The position numbers and the translations under genes were made by a program. The notes beneath the pieces are model-generated. The model saw only the letters and a program-made list of their open reading frames with translations, made no database searches and was not told the origin of the DNA. This document shows positions 9,910 through 19,850 of a stretch of DNA of 64,000 bases, piece by piece. The DNA is from a virus. Its lineage: Duplodnaviria > Caudoviricetes. The DNA is taken from IMG/VR virus record IMGVR_UViG_3300027754_000035. One strand, 5' to 3'. Numbering within the stretch: position 1 is the first letter of the stretch; each line of letters starts with the position of its first letter.

Positions 9910-10907
9910 AAGCCCTCATAGTTCCATTTGTTAAATATAGTTTGTCAGATCATCAAATTGATCGTCTGTTGATGGATTATTTGTTGATCAACGCACATCG
10001 CATACCTGTTGATTGTATTATTTTTTGCGTATCTAAATTTGATATAGCTACACACGACACAGTTATTAATGGAAAACAAATTAGGTTTGTCAATTCTGGT
10101 GATGTGTGGCATCAATCCAATATAGAAGCGGGAATAGCTACATTGCAAAGCGGCGACAAGTTTGTGCTGATGGACAATGATTGTTTAATCTACGACTATT
10201 CTATATTTGATGATATATTCAATGACTTGGATACTCATGATATTGTGTCTAATTTAGACGGCGGTACCAGAATTGTACCTACACATGTCGAATTTAGAGA
10301 TAGTCACTTGGCTGATCTGAGCGATCCTATTAATTTGATGTATCGTATACCTATCATGTATCCCACAGCAGAGCGTGGTGTCAGAACTCGTTTTGCAGCA
10401 ACATTGTTTGGCTGCAACTATGATTTTTATACAAAGCACAATCGTGATGCGCACAATACGGCTGTAGAATCTATGGAAACTTTTTCTAGGAACGTCGCAA
10501 CACTGACACCAAATGTTAGAGTCAAAGAACTATTGGACTTCAGAAATGGTATATGGGTTAGTTCAATGAATAGATTACAAACATATGACGTGTCTGACGA
10601 TTCTAGAACCGATGAATCATTGTTTGGTGCCAGCAAATATTATCACATTAGAAATTTTGGAGAAACGATTAGGGCTGCCGATCCACTCTATACCTTACAA
10701 ACAGCAATTTCGCAGAACATTTCTGAAGGATTAAGATTGATCAGTTGGTTTACAACGATTGCACAAAAAGTTTCCAAATTTCAATCTAATTATTCCATAT
10801 GTATTGACAGCGTTGAATCATTGTTGGAGAAACATAACGTGCCAAATAGGTTATATCAATCACATTTGTCACTGACAGCTAGATATCACCGTACCCATTT
10901 ATTATGA
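9906..10907 (+). CDS. Putative GT-A glycosyltransferase
   Basis: KALIVPF, FVLMDNDCLI (DxD), YYHIRN. Confidence 0.55.
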   Translation: MKALIVPFVKYSLSDHQIDRLLMDYLLINAHRIPVDCIIFCVSKFDIATHDTVINGKQIRFVNSGDVWHQSNIEAGIATLQSGDKFVLMDNDCLIYDYSIFDDIFNDLDTHDIVSNLDGGTRIVPTHVEFRDSHLADLSDPINLMYRIPIMYPTAERGVRTRFAATLFGCNYDFYTKHNRDAHNTAVESMETFSRNVATLTPNVRVKELLDFRNGIWVSSMNRLQTYDVSDDSRTDESLFGASKYYHIRNFGETIRAADPLYTLQTAISQNISEGLRLISWFTTIAQKVSKFQSNYSICIDSVESLLEKHNVPNRLYQSHLSLTARYHRTHLL

Positions 10908-12019
10908 CCAATAGTACAAATGAAAATAGAGCAGTTGGACTTGTTTCAATTGGTAATCCGGTTGCATTGATTGCCAGTCTGGACAAATTCAAAACTGTGT
11001 GTCCAGGCTACAAAATATACGTATACCTCAACATTTCGCAGGAACATATAACTGTTGAGAATTATCAAAAGTTGCTAAACAACTCATACAAAATTATAGC
11101 ACACTATGAACCAAATTTTAGAGAAATTGTTGTGATTGAAAACGCAGCAAAAGTTTGGTTGACACACGGAATGTGTTTGGATATGTTGTATAACTTTGCC
11201 ACAGAAGAAGAATTGGTAATGTTTGAAGAAGACGCATATATATTTAGCAACACTGACTTTGAAGAAAAGTTTCGTAATTTACAAACCAAGGATTTGTTCT
11301 GCGTAGTGGCACCAAAAAATCCAAACAACTACAATGCGCTGTTCAGTAAGTTGAACATTTTTCCCAATACAATCAACATGCCTGGTAAAGAAAGCATTTT
11401 CTTCATCAGAAAATCTTTGTTGAGCAAATATGATTGGGCATCATTTGATTATGTAAAATGGAATTCTGGTGTGATATATACACGACCCGAGGGTACACAA
11501 ATACATTTCCAAGAGGAAATCCATTTTGATACATTTGAATTTTTTAGCTTCAATTGTTGGATGAACAAATCAATCACAGTTGGCACTTATGAAGAACAAA
11601 ACTATGATTATTGGGTGCCTGAGGGTAGGAATGCAACGCATGAATTTTATCAACAAATGACGAACCCAATGAACTATATGCATTATTTCAATGGTGCATT
11701 GTTTCAGTATTTGGACTACCATGGACCCAACAACAGTAAGTTCTATAAAAATATGATGTACACTGCTCCACATTTTGGGCAGTTCATGTATCATATGAGC
11801 ACGTATATTATCCAGATTGGTATTTTGCGTGCGGTCAAAAAGAAATACGTTGAAATTTTGGGCAACGTTGAGTATGATCTAAACAAACGTTCGATCAAGA
11901 ACTCGTTGAGTATGTTGATTAATTACTTTGGGTATTTTAAGATTCGTCACCAATACAAATTGGTAAAATTCATCAAGTTTACCTACAAGTTTACAAATCG
12001 ACATCATGGTATTAAGTAA
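10904..12019 (+). CDS. Putative GT-A glycosyltransferase (close paralog of 13094-14218)
   Basis: LVMFEEDAYIF, PGKESIFFIRK, FDTFEFFS, HYFN shared with 13094-14218. Confidence 0.55.
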   Translation: MTNSTNENRAVGLVSIGNPVALIASLDKFKTVCPGYKIYVYLNISQEHITVENYQKLLNNSYKIIAHYEPNFREIVVIENAAKVWLTHGMCLDMLYNFATEEELVMFEEDAYIFSNTDFEEKFRNLQTKDLFCVVAPKNPNNYNALFSKLNIFPNTINMPGKESIFFIRKSLLSKYDWASFDYVKWNSGVIYTRPEGTQIHFQEEIHFDTFEFFSFNCWMNKSITVGTYEEQNYDYWVPEGRNATHEFYQQMTNPMNYMHYFNGALFQYLDYHGPNNSKFYKNMMYTAPHFGQFMYHMSTYIIQIGILRAVKKKYVEILGNVEYDLNKRSIKNSLSMLINYFGYFKIRHQYKLVKFIKFTYKFTNRHHGIK

Positions 12020-12022
12020 ATT

Positions 12023-12637
12023 ATGACCAAAAATCTAAATATAGAGATGATGCAAATTTTGTCGGACGTTAAGTCGTCATACAAAAATAGTAATTATTGG
12101 GTCAAATTTTACAACTATGTTATGCAGTCCCAACCCGAATTGATTGTGGAAATGGGATTGTTGGACGGATATTCGTTGTTGAGTTTTGCCATGGGGTGTC
12201 GAGACAACAACAAAGGTAAAATTGTTGCTATCGACTTGTTTGAAGATTATCCGTATAATCACGCAAGCTACGCTGGTATACAGAAAAAATTGGAAAGTCA
12301 TAATCTACAACAGTATGTGACTTTACAAAAAAACAACGCAATGTTCTTAGATGCTCAGTTTGAAAACAACAGTATTGATCTGATGCATATTGATATCAGC
12401 AATACGGGTGACAAGTTGGAGTCGTTGTTGAAAACATATCATAGTAAACTCAAGACCAATGGCATCATTTTATTTGAAGGTGGATCTGTTGCCAGAGACA
12501 ATATACCGTGGATGATCAAATATCAATGTCAACCAATAGCTCCAATATTAGAAAAACCAGATTTGTTGAATCTATACACATTCTTTGTGATCAACAACTA
12601 CCCATCATTAACAATTTGTTACAAAAACCATGAATAG
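12023..12637 (+). CDS. Class I SAM-dependent methyltransferase (Methyltransf_24-like)
   Basis: IVEMGLLDGYS, IDLF, IDLMHIDI, LKTNGIILF. Confidence 0.85.
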   Translation: MTKNLNIEMMQILSDVKSSYKNSNYWVKFYNYVMQSQPELIVEMGLLDGYSLLSFAMGCRDNNKGKIVAIDLFEDYPYNHASYAGIQKKLESHNLQQYVTLQKNNAMFLDAQFENNSIDLMHIDISNTGDKLESLLKTYHSKLKTNGIILFEGGSVARDNIPWMIKYQCQPIAPILEKPDLLNLYTFFVINNYPSLTICYKNHE

Positions 12638-13097
12638 TCCAAGATTTTATTTTGATATATACAAGCGTTACGTTAACACTCCAGACATTGCGAATCTGAA
12701 AGTATTGGAAATCAACACCACCGGCACACTATCTTCACAGATGTGGAAGCAGCTGTGTACTTCTATTACTGTTGAAAGCGATTTGTCAAAGGTTGGTGAC
12801 CACGAATTTGATTTTTACCACATCAATCTGACAGATTACAACAACTTGGTTGCCTTGATCAAACAATTGAATCTACAAAAGCGACCACACGGAACGCATT
12901 ACATCTTATTGGGAAATAAAGTTGCTGCGTGGGAGAACATCAAATTGTTGCAACAAGATGAAGACCTACGCAAAGATGGTAGAATGTTTTATACTGCTGC
13001 CGATCTGGGTATGTTACCATATAAAATTAAAAAGCCAGATCAAACTGTGATCCGTGATGTTGTTGAGCCAGAGGCTACCTTGTTAGAATATAGATGA
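12630..13097 (+). CDS. Hypothetical protein, degenerate methyltransferase-like
   Basis: KVLEIN..G.SS..W and FDFYHIN resemble eroded class I MTase motifs. Confidence 0.4.
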   Translation: MNSPRFYFDIYKRYVNTPDIANLKVLEINTTGTLSSQMWKQLCTSITVESDLSKVGDHEFDFYHINLTDYNNLVALIKQLNLQKRPHGTHYILLGNKVAAWENIKLLQQDEDLRKDGRMFYTAADLGMLPYKIKKPDQTVIRDVVEPEATLLEYR

Positions 13098-14218
13098 GTC
13101 TGTTGGTTCCAATTACTACCAAAGCAATAGGATTGACCAGCATTGGAAATCCTATTACGCTTATTGCAGCACTTGATAAACTGGGCAAATTAGCGTGCGG
13201 ATATAAGTTGTATGTTTGTCTGAATGTTCCTCAACAACAAACCACCACCGAGCGTTATGCGGCATTGATAGCCAATAGTCATAAGATACTGCAACACTAC
13301 GAATCACGGTTTGGTGGTATTGTCATTATTGATCCTCAAGATGAATGTTGGGCTTCACATGGATATTGTATCGACCTGATTTTTCATGCTTGTGAGGAAC
13401 AGGCCATTGCTATTTTTGAAGAAGACGCATATATCTTCGACCAAGAAGTATTTAATGATTGGTTTGATAAATTGAATTCATATCATGTTGTTAGCGGTAT
13501 GGATTATTTACACCCCAACAACTTTTGGTTTTTTGATAGTATGTCTAAGTATGGATCAACAACCAATAAGCCAGGTAAAGAGAGCATATTTTTCATTCGC
13601 AAAGATATTATAAACCATCACAACTGGTTTTCGTTTGACTATCTGATACTCAACGAAGGAAGCACAATCAAGGTACCATTCAGAGACGACTCATTTGTGT
13701 TACAAAAATGGATGGGATTTGATACATTTGAATTCTTTTCATGGGGATGTATGTTGAATACCAATATTAAATGGTTGACTTACCAAGAAAAGACGTATAA
13801 TTATTGGTATTATTATGTCAAAGAACAATTTGATGCATTCAAAGAACATTACTCACGACCACAACCATATACACATTATTTCAACAGTGCTATTTTTTAT
13901 CATTTATCGTATCATGGCAAAAGCAACGATGTCAATTATAGAATTACAACGATGCGTGAACCTATGCAAGATACATTTTTGCCACACTTGACCACATTTA
14001 TGGTACAAATGATGTTGTTATTGACGATGCGGAACGTGTATATTCAGTTGTTGGGTAAACAAGAATATCAAATACATAGAAAGTCATTAAAACAAGCTCT
14101 ACGGTATCTTTTACAATACTTTGGTTATGCTAGATGTAAATTTGGGATTAAAATTCTAAGCTACGCCAAGTTCACTTATAGTTACATAAAGACACAGCAT
14201 GGTCCTATTTTGTTATGA
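13094..14218 (+). CDS. Putative GT-A glycosyltransferase (close paralog of 10904-12019)
   Basis: SIGNPI.LIA.LDK, IFEEDAYIF, PGKESIFFIRK, FDTFEFFS. Confidence 0.55.
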   Translation: MSLLVPITTKAIGLTSIGNPITLIAALDKLGKLACGYKLYVCLNVPQQQTTTERYAALIANSHKILQHYESRFGGIVIIDPQDECWASHGYCIDLIFHACEEQAIAIFEEDAYIFDQEVFNDWFDKLNSYHVVSGMDYLHPNNFWFFDSMSKYGSTTNKPGKESIFFIRKDIINHHNWFSFDYLILNEGSTIKVPFRDDSFVLQKWMGFDTFEFFSWGCMLNTNIKWLTYQEKTYNYWYYYVKEQFDAFKEHYSRPQPYTHYFNSAIFYHLSYHGKSNDVNYRITTMREPMQDTFLPHLTTFMVQMMLLLTMRNVYIQLLGKQEYQIHRKSLKQALRYLLQYFGYARCKFGIKILSYAKFTYSYIKTQHGPILL

Positions 14219-15108
14219 ACCCAATCTTCCAATTCAAAGAACTTAGAGTGGAAATGTTGAAGCAATTCGACGGTACCACCAATTATTTTAACTGCGCACA
14301 TCTTAATGGCAAAACCATTTTCCGCAAAGAATACAAGTTGACACCTGATTTTCACGTCAACGATATTGTGGATCAAGATGGAAACACCATTCTTCAAAAT
14401 TATGCCGATGAAGAATATCATTACAATTTTGAAGATGCCCGATGGGTGGATGACAAAACCATTAGTGTTTGTGTCAGCAAGTGGGATGTCAATGATTTAG
14501 CAAAGTTGTGCGGGGTTGTATATAAGAAATACGATTTAGAAACCAAAAAGCTATACCACTTTTTGACGCAACGTAGTCATTTTGAAAAACATTGGCAGTT
14601 CTACAACAATTACATCATTTATCACGTCAACCCATACACAATTTTTGATCAAAATGAACAAGAAGTATTCAGCAAGAAAATCAATTGGAAGCCGTGGATA
14701 GATAAATTTGGAAGTCCAGGTCTTAGTACCAATGTATTTGATGTGTACGGTGAAAAGTTTTTGTTGTACCACAGTTATGTTCATCAAGGACCGTTGTTGA
14801 TGAAATACTTTGTGGGTGTGATGAAATTAAATAATGATATTACACCAGTTGGTTATTGTGCCAATCCGTTGTTGGTGGCAGATCGAGACTACAGCAGCAA
14901 CTACGTATTGAATAATTTGTGGAATTGGAGGGCTACTGCTCATCGTAAAGCTGTTAAGTACGAAGTGTTGTTTCCAATGAGTGTCAGTGTGGATGACAGT
15001 GCCATTCATATTTACGGCGGTCTCAATGATTGTAGCTCGGTTAAAATGAGTATAGACAAAATTGAATTCTTGAATAGAATCAGACAACAACCATTCGTTA
15101 TTTATTGA
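14215..15108 (+). CDS. Five-bladed beta-propeller glycoside hydrolase/phosphorylase-like protein (GH130-like)
   Basis: FEDAR, EKHWQF, VLFPMS, YGGLND match the EDPR/EKNW/VFP/YGxxD blade motifs. Confidence 0.6.
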   Translation: MNPIFQFKELRVEMLKQFDGTTNYFNCAHLNGKTIFRKEYKLTPDFHVNDIVDQDGNTILQNYADEEYHYNFEDARWVDDKTISVCVSKWDVNDLAKLCGVVYKKYDLETKKLYHFLTQRSHFEKHWQFYNNYIIYHVNPYTIFDQNEQEVFSKKINWKPWIDKFGSPGLSTNVFDVYGEKFLLYHSYVHQGPLLMKYFVGVMKLNNDITPVGYCANPLLVADRDYSSNYVLNNLWNWRATAHRKAVKYEVLFPMSVSVDDSAIHIYGGLNDCSSVKMSIDKIEFLNRIRQQPFVIY

Positions 15109-15110
15109 AC

Positions 15111-15707
15111 ATGACAACCGTGGTTGTTGCTCGGTACAATGAAAATATTGCGTGGACGGATTCTCTGCAACACGATGTCGTCATTTACAACAAGGGCGGC
15201 GTGCATCTAAAACAAAACAACATACAGCTTCCTAACTTTGGACGAGAAGCTGACACCATGTTGTATCATATCACTAAACAATACAATTGTTTGAGCGAAC
15301 AAACGGTGTTTCTACAAGGCGATCCATTTGATCACTGTTGGGATGTGTTGAAACTCATAGGTGACAACTTAGATTCGGATCAATTGGTGTGGTTGGGAAG
15401 TAATTGGGGACCTGTGACCAAACGTTTTGATAGTATGCCTGGAGCTTATTTACCTATATTAGATGTGTGTTATGAATTGTTTCCAAATTGCAATTTTGAC
15501 GCAAATACTAATTTTACATTTAGTGCCGGGGCGCAATACATTGTACCCAGACGTTTGATCATCAACAAGAGTCTGAATTGGTGGAATCATTGTTATGACG
15601 TATTCAAACGATATCTCAACCAACATCAATCAATGCAAAAAAGTCCAAGCCCTTGGATCTTTGAACGTATTTGGCCATTGATTTGGAACTACACCACCAA
15701 CGACTGA
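15111..15707 (+). CDS. DUF3431-like protein (GT-associated)
   Basis: VVVARYNENIAW, LPNFGREADT.L.HI..QY, TVFLQGDPFDH, GAQYIVPR..I, PWIFERIW. Confidence 0.8.
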   Translation: MTTVVVARYNENIAWTDSLQHDVVIYNKGGVHLKQNNIQLPNFGREADTMLYHITKQYNCLSEQTVFLQGDPFDHCWDVLKLIGDNLDSDQLVWLGSNWGPVTKRFDSMPGAYLPILDVCYELFPNCNFDANTNFTFSAGAQYIVPRRLIINKSLNWWNHCYDVFKRYLNQHQSMQKSPSPWIFERIWPLIWNYTTND

Positions 15708-15718
15708 TACTTATTGCC

Positions 15719-16465
15719 ATGAGCAGAACCACCATTGTTTCACCAGTTTATTTGGGTCAACCCCATCGTATTGAATACTTCAAGACATACATGAAGTCAT
15801 GTTTGGAACAGCGTAATTTTGAAAACCTAGATTTTGTATTTTTTGTTGAGCCTGACTTTTTGGATTTTGCACCAATTGATAAACTACGTAGCTATCCAAA
15901 TGTACGTATAATGATCAATCCGTTTCGATATGGTCTACTTGTAAATCAATACATGACCATGTTTTATTGCTTTGAACGTTTGCGATTGGAGCATGTCATT
16001 TATACCGAGGATGATTGCATATTGAGCAACGACATTGATGCTGTCACTCAATTTTATATCAATAGTAAGTACTATGACAACAACACCATTCTTACGTACT
16101 TGAACAAAGATAATTTGGTGGAGCCTCCAGTTGATGATAGTGGTAAAAATATTTTGGAAGTGAAACAGAACTATCACCCAATTCATAAAGATATGGTGTA
16201 TTTTGCTACATGGGGATATTTGTGTACCGCCAAGATGTGGCGTGACTGTTTGCGTAAATGGGACCATCAATGGTGTTTTTCACATACCATTTTACCATAT
16301 ATTAAAGATGATTTCAAAACTGTTACACCAAAATTGTCGAGGTTGAACCACATTGGTGTTGACGGTGCATCTTACAATAAAGAAATCTACGACTCACATC
16401 AATTTGTTCGGTATATGCCGCAGAATTTTCAAGGAGCATTACAATATCAATTCGATGAACTATGA
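15719..16465 (+). CDS. GT-A glycosyltransferase (GT2-like)
   Basis: VIYTEDDCILS, FATWGY, SRLNHIGVDG; late motif ATACTTATT at 15707-15715. Confidence 0.65.
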   Translation: MSRTTIVSPVYLGQPHRIEYFKTYMKSCLEQRNFENLDFVFFVEPDFLDFAPIDKLRSYPNVRIMINPFRYGLLVNQYMTMFYCFERLRLEHVIYTEDDCILSNDIDAVTQFYINSKYYDNNTILTYLNKDNLVEPPVDDSGKNILEVKQNYHPIHKDMVYFATWGYLCTAKMWRDCLRKWDHQWCFSHTILPYIKDDFKTVTPKLSRLNHIGVDGASYNKEIYDSHQFVRYMPQNFQGALQYQFDEL

Positions 16466-17552
16466 TTATGTCATTGTAGGATCAGGTTTATTTGGTGCAA
16501 CATTTGCTAATTTAGCTAAAAATGCCAACAAATCTTGTTTGATATTGGAAAAACGCAAGCAGATTGCGGGTAATTGCTATACCGAAAATGTGCATGGTAT
16601 TGATGTACATAACTACGGACCACACATATTTCACACATCCAACGTGGATATTTGGAATTATGTTAATAAATTTGCCAAGTTCAACAACTATGTGAATAGA
16701 CCAAAGGTTCGTTACAAAGACAAGTTGTATTCATTCCCAATCAACTTGTTTACATTGTATCAGTTGTGGGGATGTTCTACACCCGATGATGCTCGCAAAC
16801 GACTGGAAGAAGTACGAGTTAAAATTGAAAACCCAAGCAATCTGGAAGAATGGATATTGAGTCAAGTTGGTGAAGAACTGTATCACACATTTGTCTATGG
16901 GTATACCAAAAAGAAATGGGGCACCGATCCCAAAAATCTACCATCGTTCATTATTAAACGTTTACCAATACGATTGAACTTTGATGATAATTACTACAAC
17001 GACACGTATCAAGGAATTCCAAAGGGTGGTTATACACATATGGTACAAAATATGATTCGTGATATACCAATTGAGATGGATGTGAATTTCAACGATGATA
17101 TTGACTATTGGTGTAAAAAAGGAAAACACGTAATCTATACAGGAGCACTTGACGAATTTTTCTGCTACACTCTGGGCGAATTACAATATCGTAGTCTACG
17201 GTTTGAACAAGAATTACTACCCATTGATGATTTTCAAGGCAATGCTATTGTTAATTTTACCGAAGAAAGTGTGGCACACACAAGAATCGTAGAACACAAA
17301 CACTTTGATACACGCCCATCAACACACACAGTTATCACCCGTGAGTATCCTCAAATGTGGAATCGTGGATTGGAACGATACTATCCAATCAACAATGAAG
17401 TCAATAACACCAAACACGATCATTACAAACTAATGTGTCAATTGGAATACCCCAACATCATATTGGGTGGTCGATTAGCTTACTATAAATACATGGACAT
17501 GCACCAGGTCGTTGGTCAAGCTATGCATAAGTTTGCCAAGTCTGTGGCCTGA
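16455..17552 (+). CDS. glf: UDP-galactopyranose mutase
   Basis: YDYVIVGSGLFGA FAD motif, GGN-like GNCYTE, HNYGPHIFHT, FDDNYYND.YQGIP, ITREYP, YYP, GRLAYYKYMDMHQ. Confidence 0.96.
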   Translation: MNYDYVIVGSGLFGATFANLAKNANKSCLILEKRKQIAGNCYTENVHGIDVHNYGPHIFHTSNVDIWNYVNKFAKFNNYVNRPKVRYKDKLYSFPINLFTLYQLWGCSTPDDARKRLEEVRVKIENPSNLEEWILSQVGEELYHTFVYGYTKKKWGTDPKNLPSFIIKRLPIRLNFDDNYYNDTYQGIPKGGYTHMVQNMIRDIPIEMDVNFNDDIDYWCKKGKHVIYTGALDEFFCYTLGELQYRSLRFEQELLPIDDFQGNAIVNFTEESVAHTRIVEHKHFDTRPSTHTVITREYPQMWNRGLERYYPINNEVNNTKHDHYKLMCQLEYPNIILGGRLAYYKYMDMHQVVGQAMHKFAKSVA

Positions 17553-18193
17553 CGTAGCAGATTCAGTTTTTCTTGTTGATCCACACAACAAATTGCGTGA
17601 AACATCAAAGATTTGTTGTTGACTTGATTGTTGTGTATAAAAGATGTTGTGGTAAATTCCAACGGTAAAACTCCCCAGTTCAAATCGTATGTTGGATCAC
17701 CAAACAGTATTTTGTTGACAACTGTTTGGTCCATTAGTTTGGTTGTTTCAATGACTGACAATACATCTTGAAAAAATTTGCGGGTTTTGTCGCACGATTT
17801 TATAATACAAAATCCAAAGTTGCAATTACCAGGCACACCTTCACCACCTTGCCATGGTACAAGTCCAGCTGGAATTTCTCGTAAGAACAGAATGTCTTTG
17901 TCTCCCAGAATGTTTTTGATGGTTGATATTATTGGTTTGAAGAATACTATGTCGATGTCTGAGTATATGAAATATTCATTGGGTTTGCATCGATCCATTA
18001 TGCGCAATAAATATTTGGGTTTTTCCAACCAAACATCAATACCACCACCATAAAGATCCGACATATTTGGGTTACTTGAAAACTTAGGTTTATTTAATAC
18101 CAAAGAAATCAATTCAAAGTCATCTTTGATGCTTGCAAGAAAATTGTCTCTTAGTGGTATAAACGCATCATCATACATGTAACACAACTTCAT
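17516..18193 (-). CDS. Nucleotide-diphospho-sugar transferase (Nucleotid_trans/GT77-like)
   Basis: FIYSDIDIVFF, CNFGF, DQTVVN, FHA motifs. Confidence 0.7.
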   Translation of the reverse strand: MKLCYMYDDAFIPLRDNFLASIKDDFELISLVLNKPKFSSNPNMSDLYGGGIDVWLEKPKYLLRIMDRCKPNEYFIYSDIDIVFFKPIISTIKNILGDKDILFLREIPAGLVPWQGGEGVPGNCNFGFCIIKSCDKTRKFFQDVLSVIETTKLMDQTVVNKILFGDPTYDLNWGVLPLEFTTTSFIHNNQVNNKSLMFHAICCVDQQEKLNLLRQATDLANLCIA

Positions 18194-19134
18194 ATGCTAC
18201 TAAAGAAATCAACAAGTGCTTTTTTGTTTCTATCCATGATATCTAGATACATCTGTCTACGCTCTTGGTCACGACCCTTGGGTACAAAGTTGTTGAGATA
18301 GTCCGAAAATATTTGTGGTTCAATATAATAACTCTTGCGCAACGGAAAGTGATTACTGATGTTGTCTGAATCGTACCAATATGACATATCCGTCTTTTCC
18401 ACTACGGGTAAAATATGTACTAAATCTGGGTCCAGAATTTCAGTGAATGATGGAATGCCACTACACACAATTTCGGCACCAGTTGACAGTCCTTCAAACA
18501 AATAGTGTCCCCAACTTTCATACATGCTGGGACACAAATGCACGGTGTGGCTGTTCAACATCTTCTTGACCTGACGACTAATCATGTAGGTAGTTATGTA
18601 GTTGATATTGGCCGGCGCAGGATCGAATCTACATGTCAAATCAACCACAGTTATGGGATGTTTTTGCTTTACAACCAATTCTGTGTTTTTCTGAATTGCT
18701 TTACCGTTGAAGTGTAAAAACTTGTCGGTGCGTGCTACGCTTGGGTCGTAATAATCATGGCTCAATAATGGTAAGCATATAACGTCATTTCGATATCTAC
18801 CCAACAAATCTTTGGCAAATTTATTTTTACAAACCACATAATCAAACCCGTTGATGTTTTTCAAGTCATCGTTAGAACACCATTCTTCATTGATAAACCA
18901 CACGTTTTTTTTGAATTTATCCAAGAGATCATACCTAGGATTTTGAATCCATACTCCCACGTCACCATCCGTTGATGATATACCCATTTGGGGATCATTT
19001 GGATTCTGACTCAATGTATCTGTAAATTGAACACTCACATCCTCGGTGACATTGTTATAAATTAAATCTTGCAACAGTATTGCGTCATTGACAATACCAG
19101 CACGATTATTGTAGGTCAGAATTTTGAATTTCAT
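18190..19134 (-). CDS. GT-B glycosyltransferase (GT4-like)
   Basis: FLHFNGKAIQKNT, HLCPSMYESWGHYLFEGLSTGA (ExxG..E motif). Confidence 0.78.
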   Translation of the reverse strand: MKFKILTYNNRAGIVNDAILLQDLIYNNVTEDVSVQFTDTLSQNPNDPQMGISSTDGDVGVWIQNPRYDLLDKFKKNVWFINEEWCSNDDLKNINGFDYVVCKNKFAKDLLGRYRNDVICLPLLSHDYYDPSVARTDKFLHFNGKAIQKNTELVVKQKHPITVVDLTCRFDPAPANINYITTYMISRQVKKMLNSHTVHLCPSMYESWGHYLFEGLSTGAEIVCSGIPSFTEILDPDLVHILPVVEKTDMSYWYDSDNISNHFPLRKSYYIEPQIFSDYLNNFVPKGRDQERRQMYLDIMDRNKKALVDFFSSI

Positions 19135-19172
19135 AACGTCTTGGCGATATACATATATAGAGAAATAGCGTT

Positions 19173-19850
19173 ATGTTAAACCAACTGTGTGAAAAAATAT
19201 TTGTCATCACTACCGTCGATTCAGACAGAGTGGAATATATACAAAACCATCTGGATCAAAGAGGCGTCAAATTTGAATTTTACGTGGCACCATTTTATGG
19301 ACTCATCAATCCACAACACGCTTTACATAGTCCACCGCAGCGTGAATCAAGACCATCCATCAGCTTGACATGTGCTTATTATTCTATATTTGAAATGTGT
19401 AGAATTAATCGCATCAAAACTGTGGCTGTGTTGGAAGACGATTGTTTCTTACTGGAAGATTGGGATACCAAACTACAACGATTCTATAACAAGCTGCCTC
19501 CAGATTGGGATATGTTGAATTTAGGCTATCACCCAATGCATCAACATCACTCTGTGAAAGATATTGTTAATGATTTGGTTGCAAAGCCATTGGATTGGCA
19601 TCACACAGCACATCTAATGGTTGCCAGAAGCACGGCGTATAATCCTTTCAAACACATGGTTAATCATTGGAACTGGCACATTGCCAACGACTACGTATTT
19701 AACGAGTTGTATAAGCGCAAAGAAATCAAAACATACATTCCCACAGAACACATGGCATATCAATTAAGTTACAGAAAATCATTGGATGAGCTTCTACACG
19801 TCAAAAATACCTACGTAAACTTCAAGAGCCATTTATTCAATGAATTCTAA
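19173..19850 (+). CDS. Glycosyltransferase family 25-like
   Basis: KIFVI..DR, SL..AY, VAVLEDDC, LPPDWDMLNLG, TAHLM. Confidence 0.75.
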   Translation: MLNQLCEKIFVITTVDSDRVEYIQNHLDQRGVKFEFYVAPFYGLINPQHALHSPPQRESRPSISLTCAYYSIFEMCRINRIKTVAVLEDDCFLLEDWDTKLQRFYNKLPPDWDMLNLGYHPMHQHHSVKDIVNDLVAKPLDWHHTAHLMVARSTAYNPFKHMVNHWNWHIANDYVFNELYKRKEIKTYIPTEHMAYQLSYRKSLDELLHVKNTYVNFKSHLFNEF

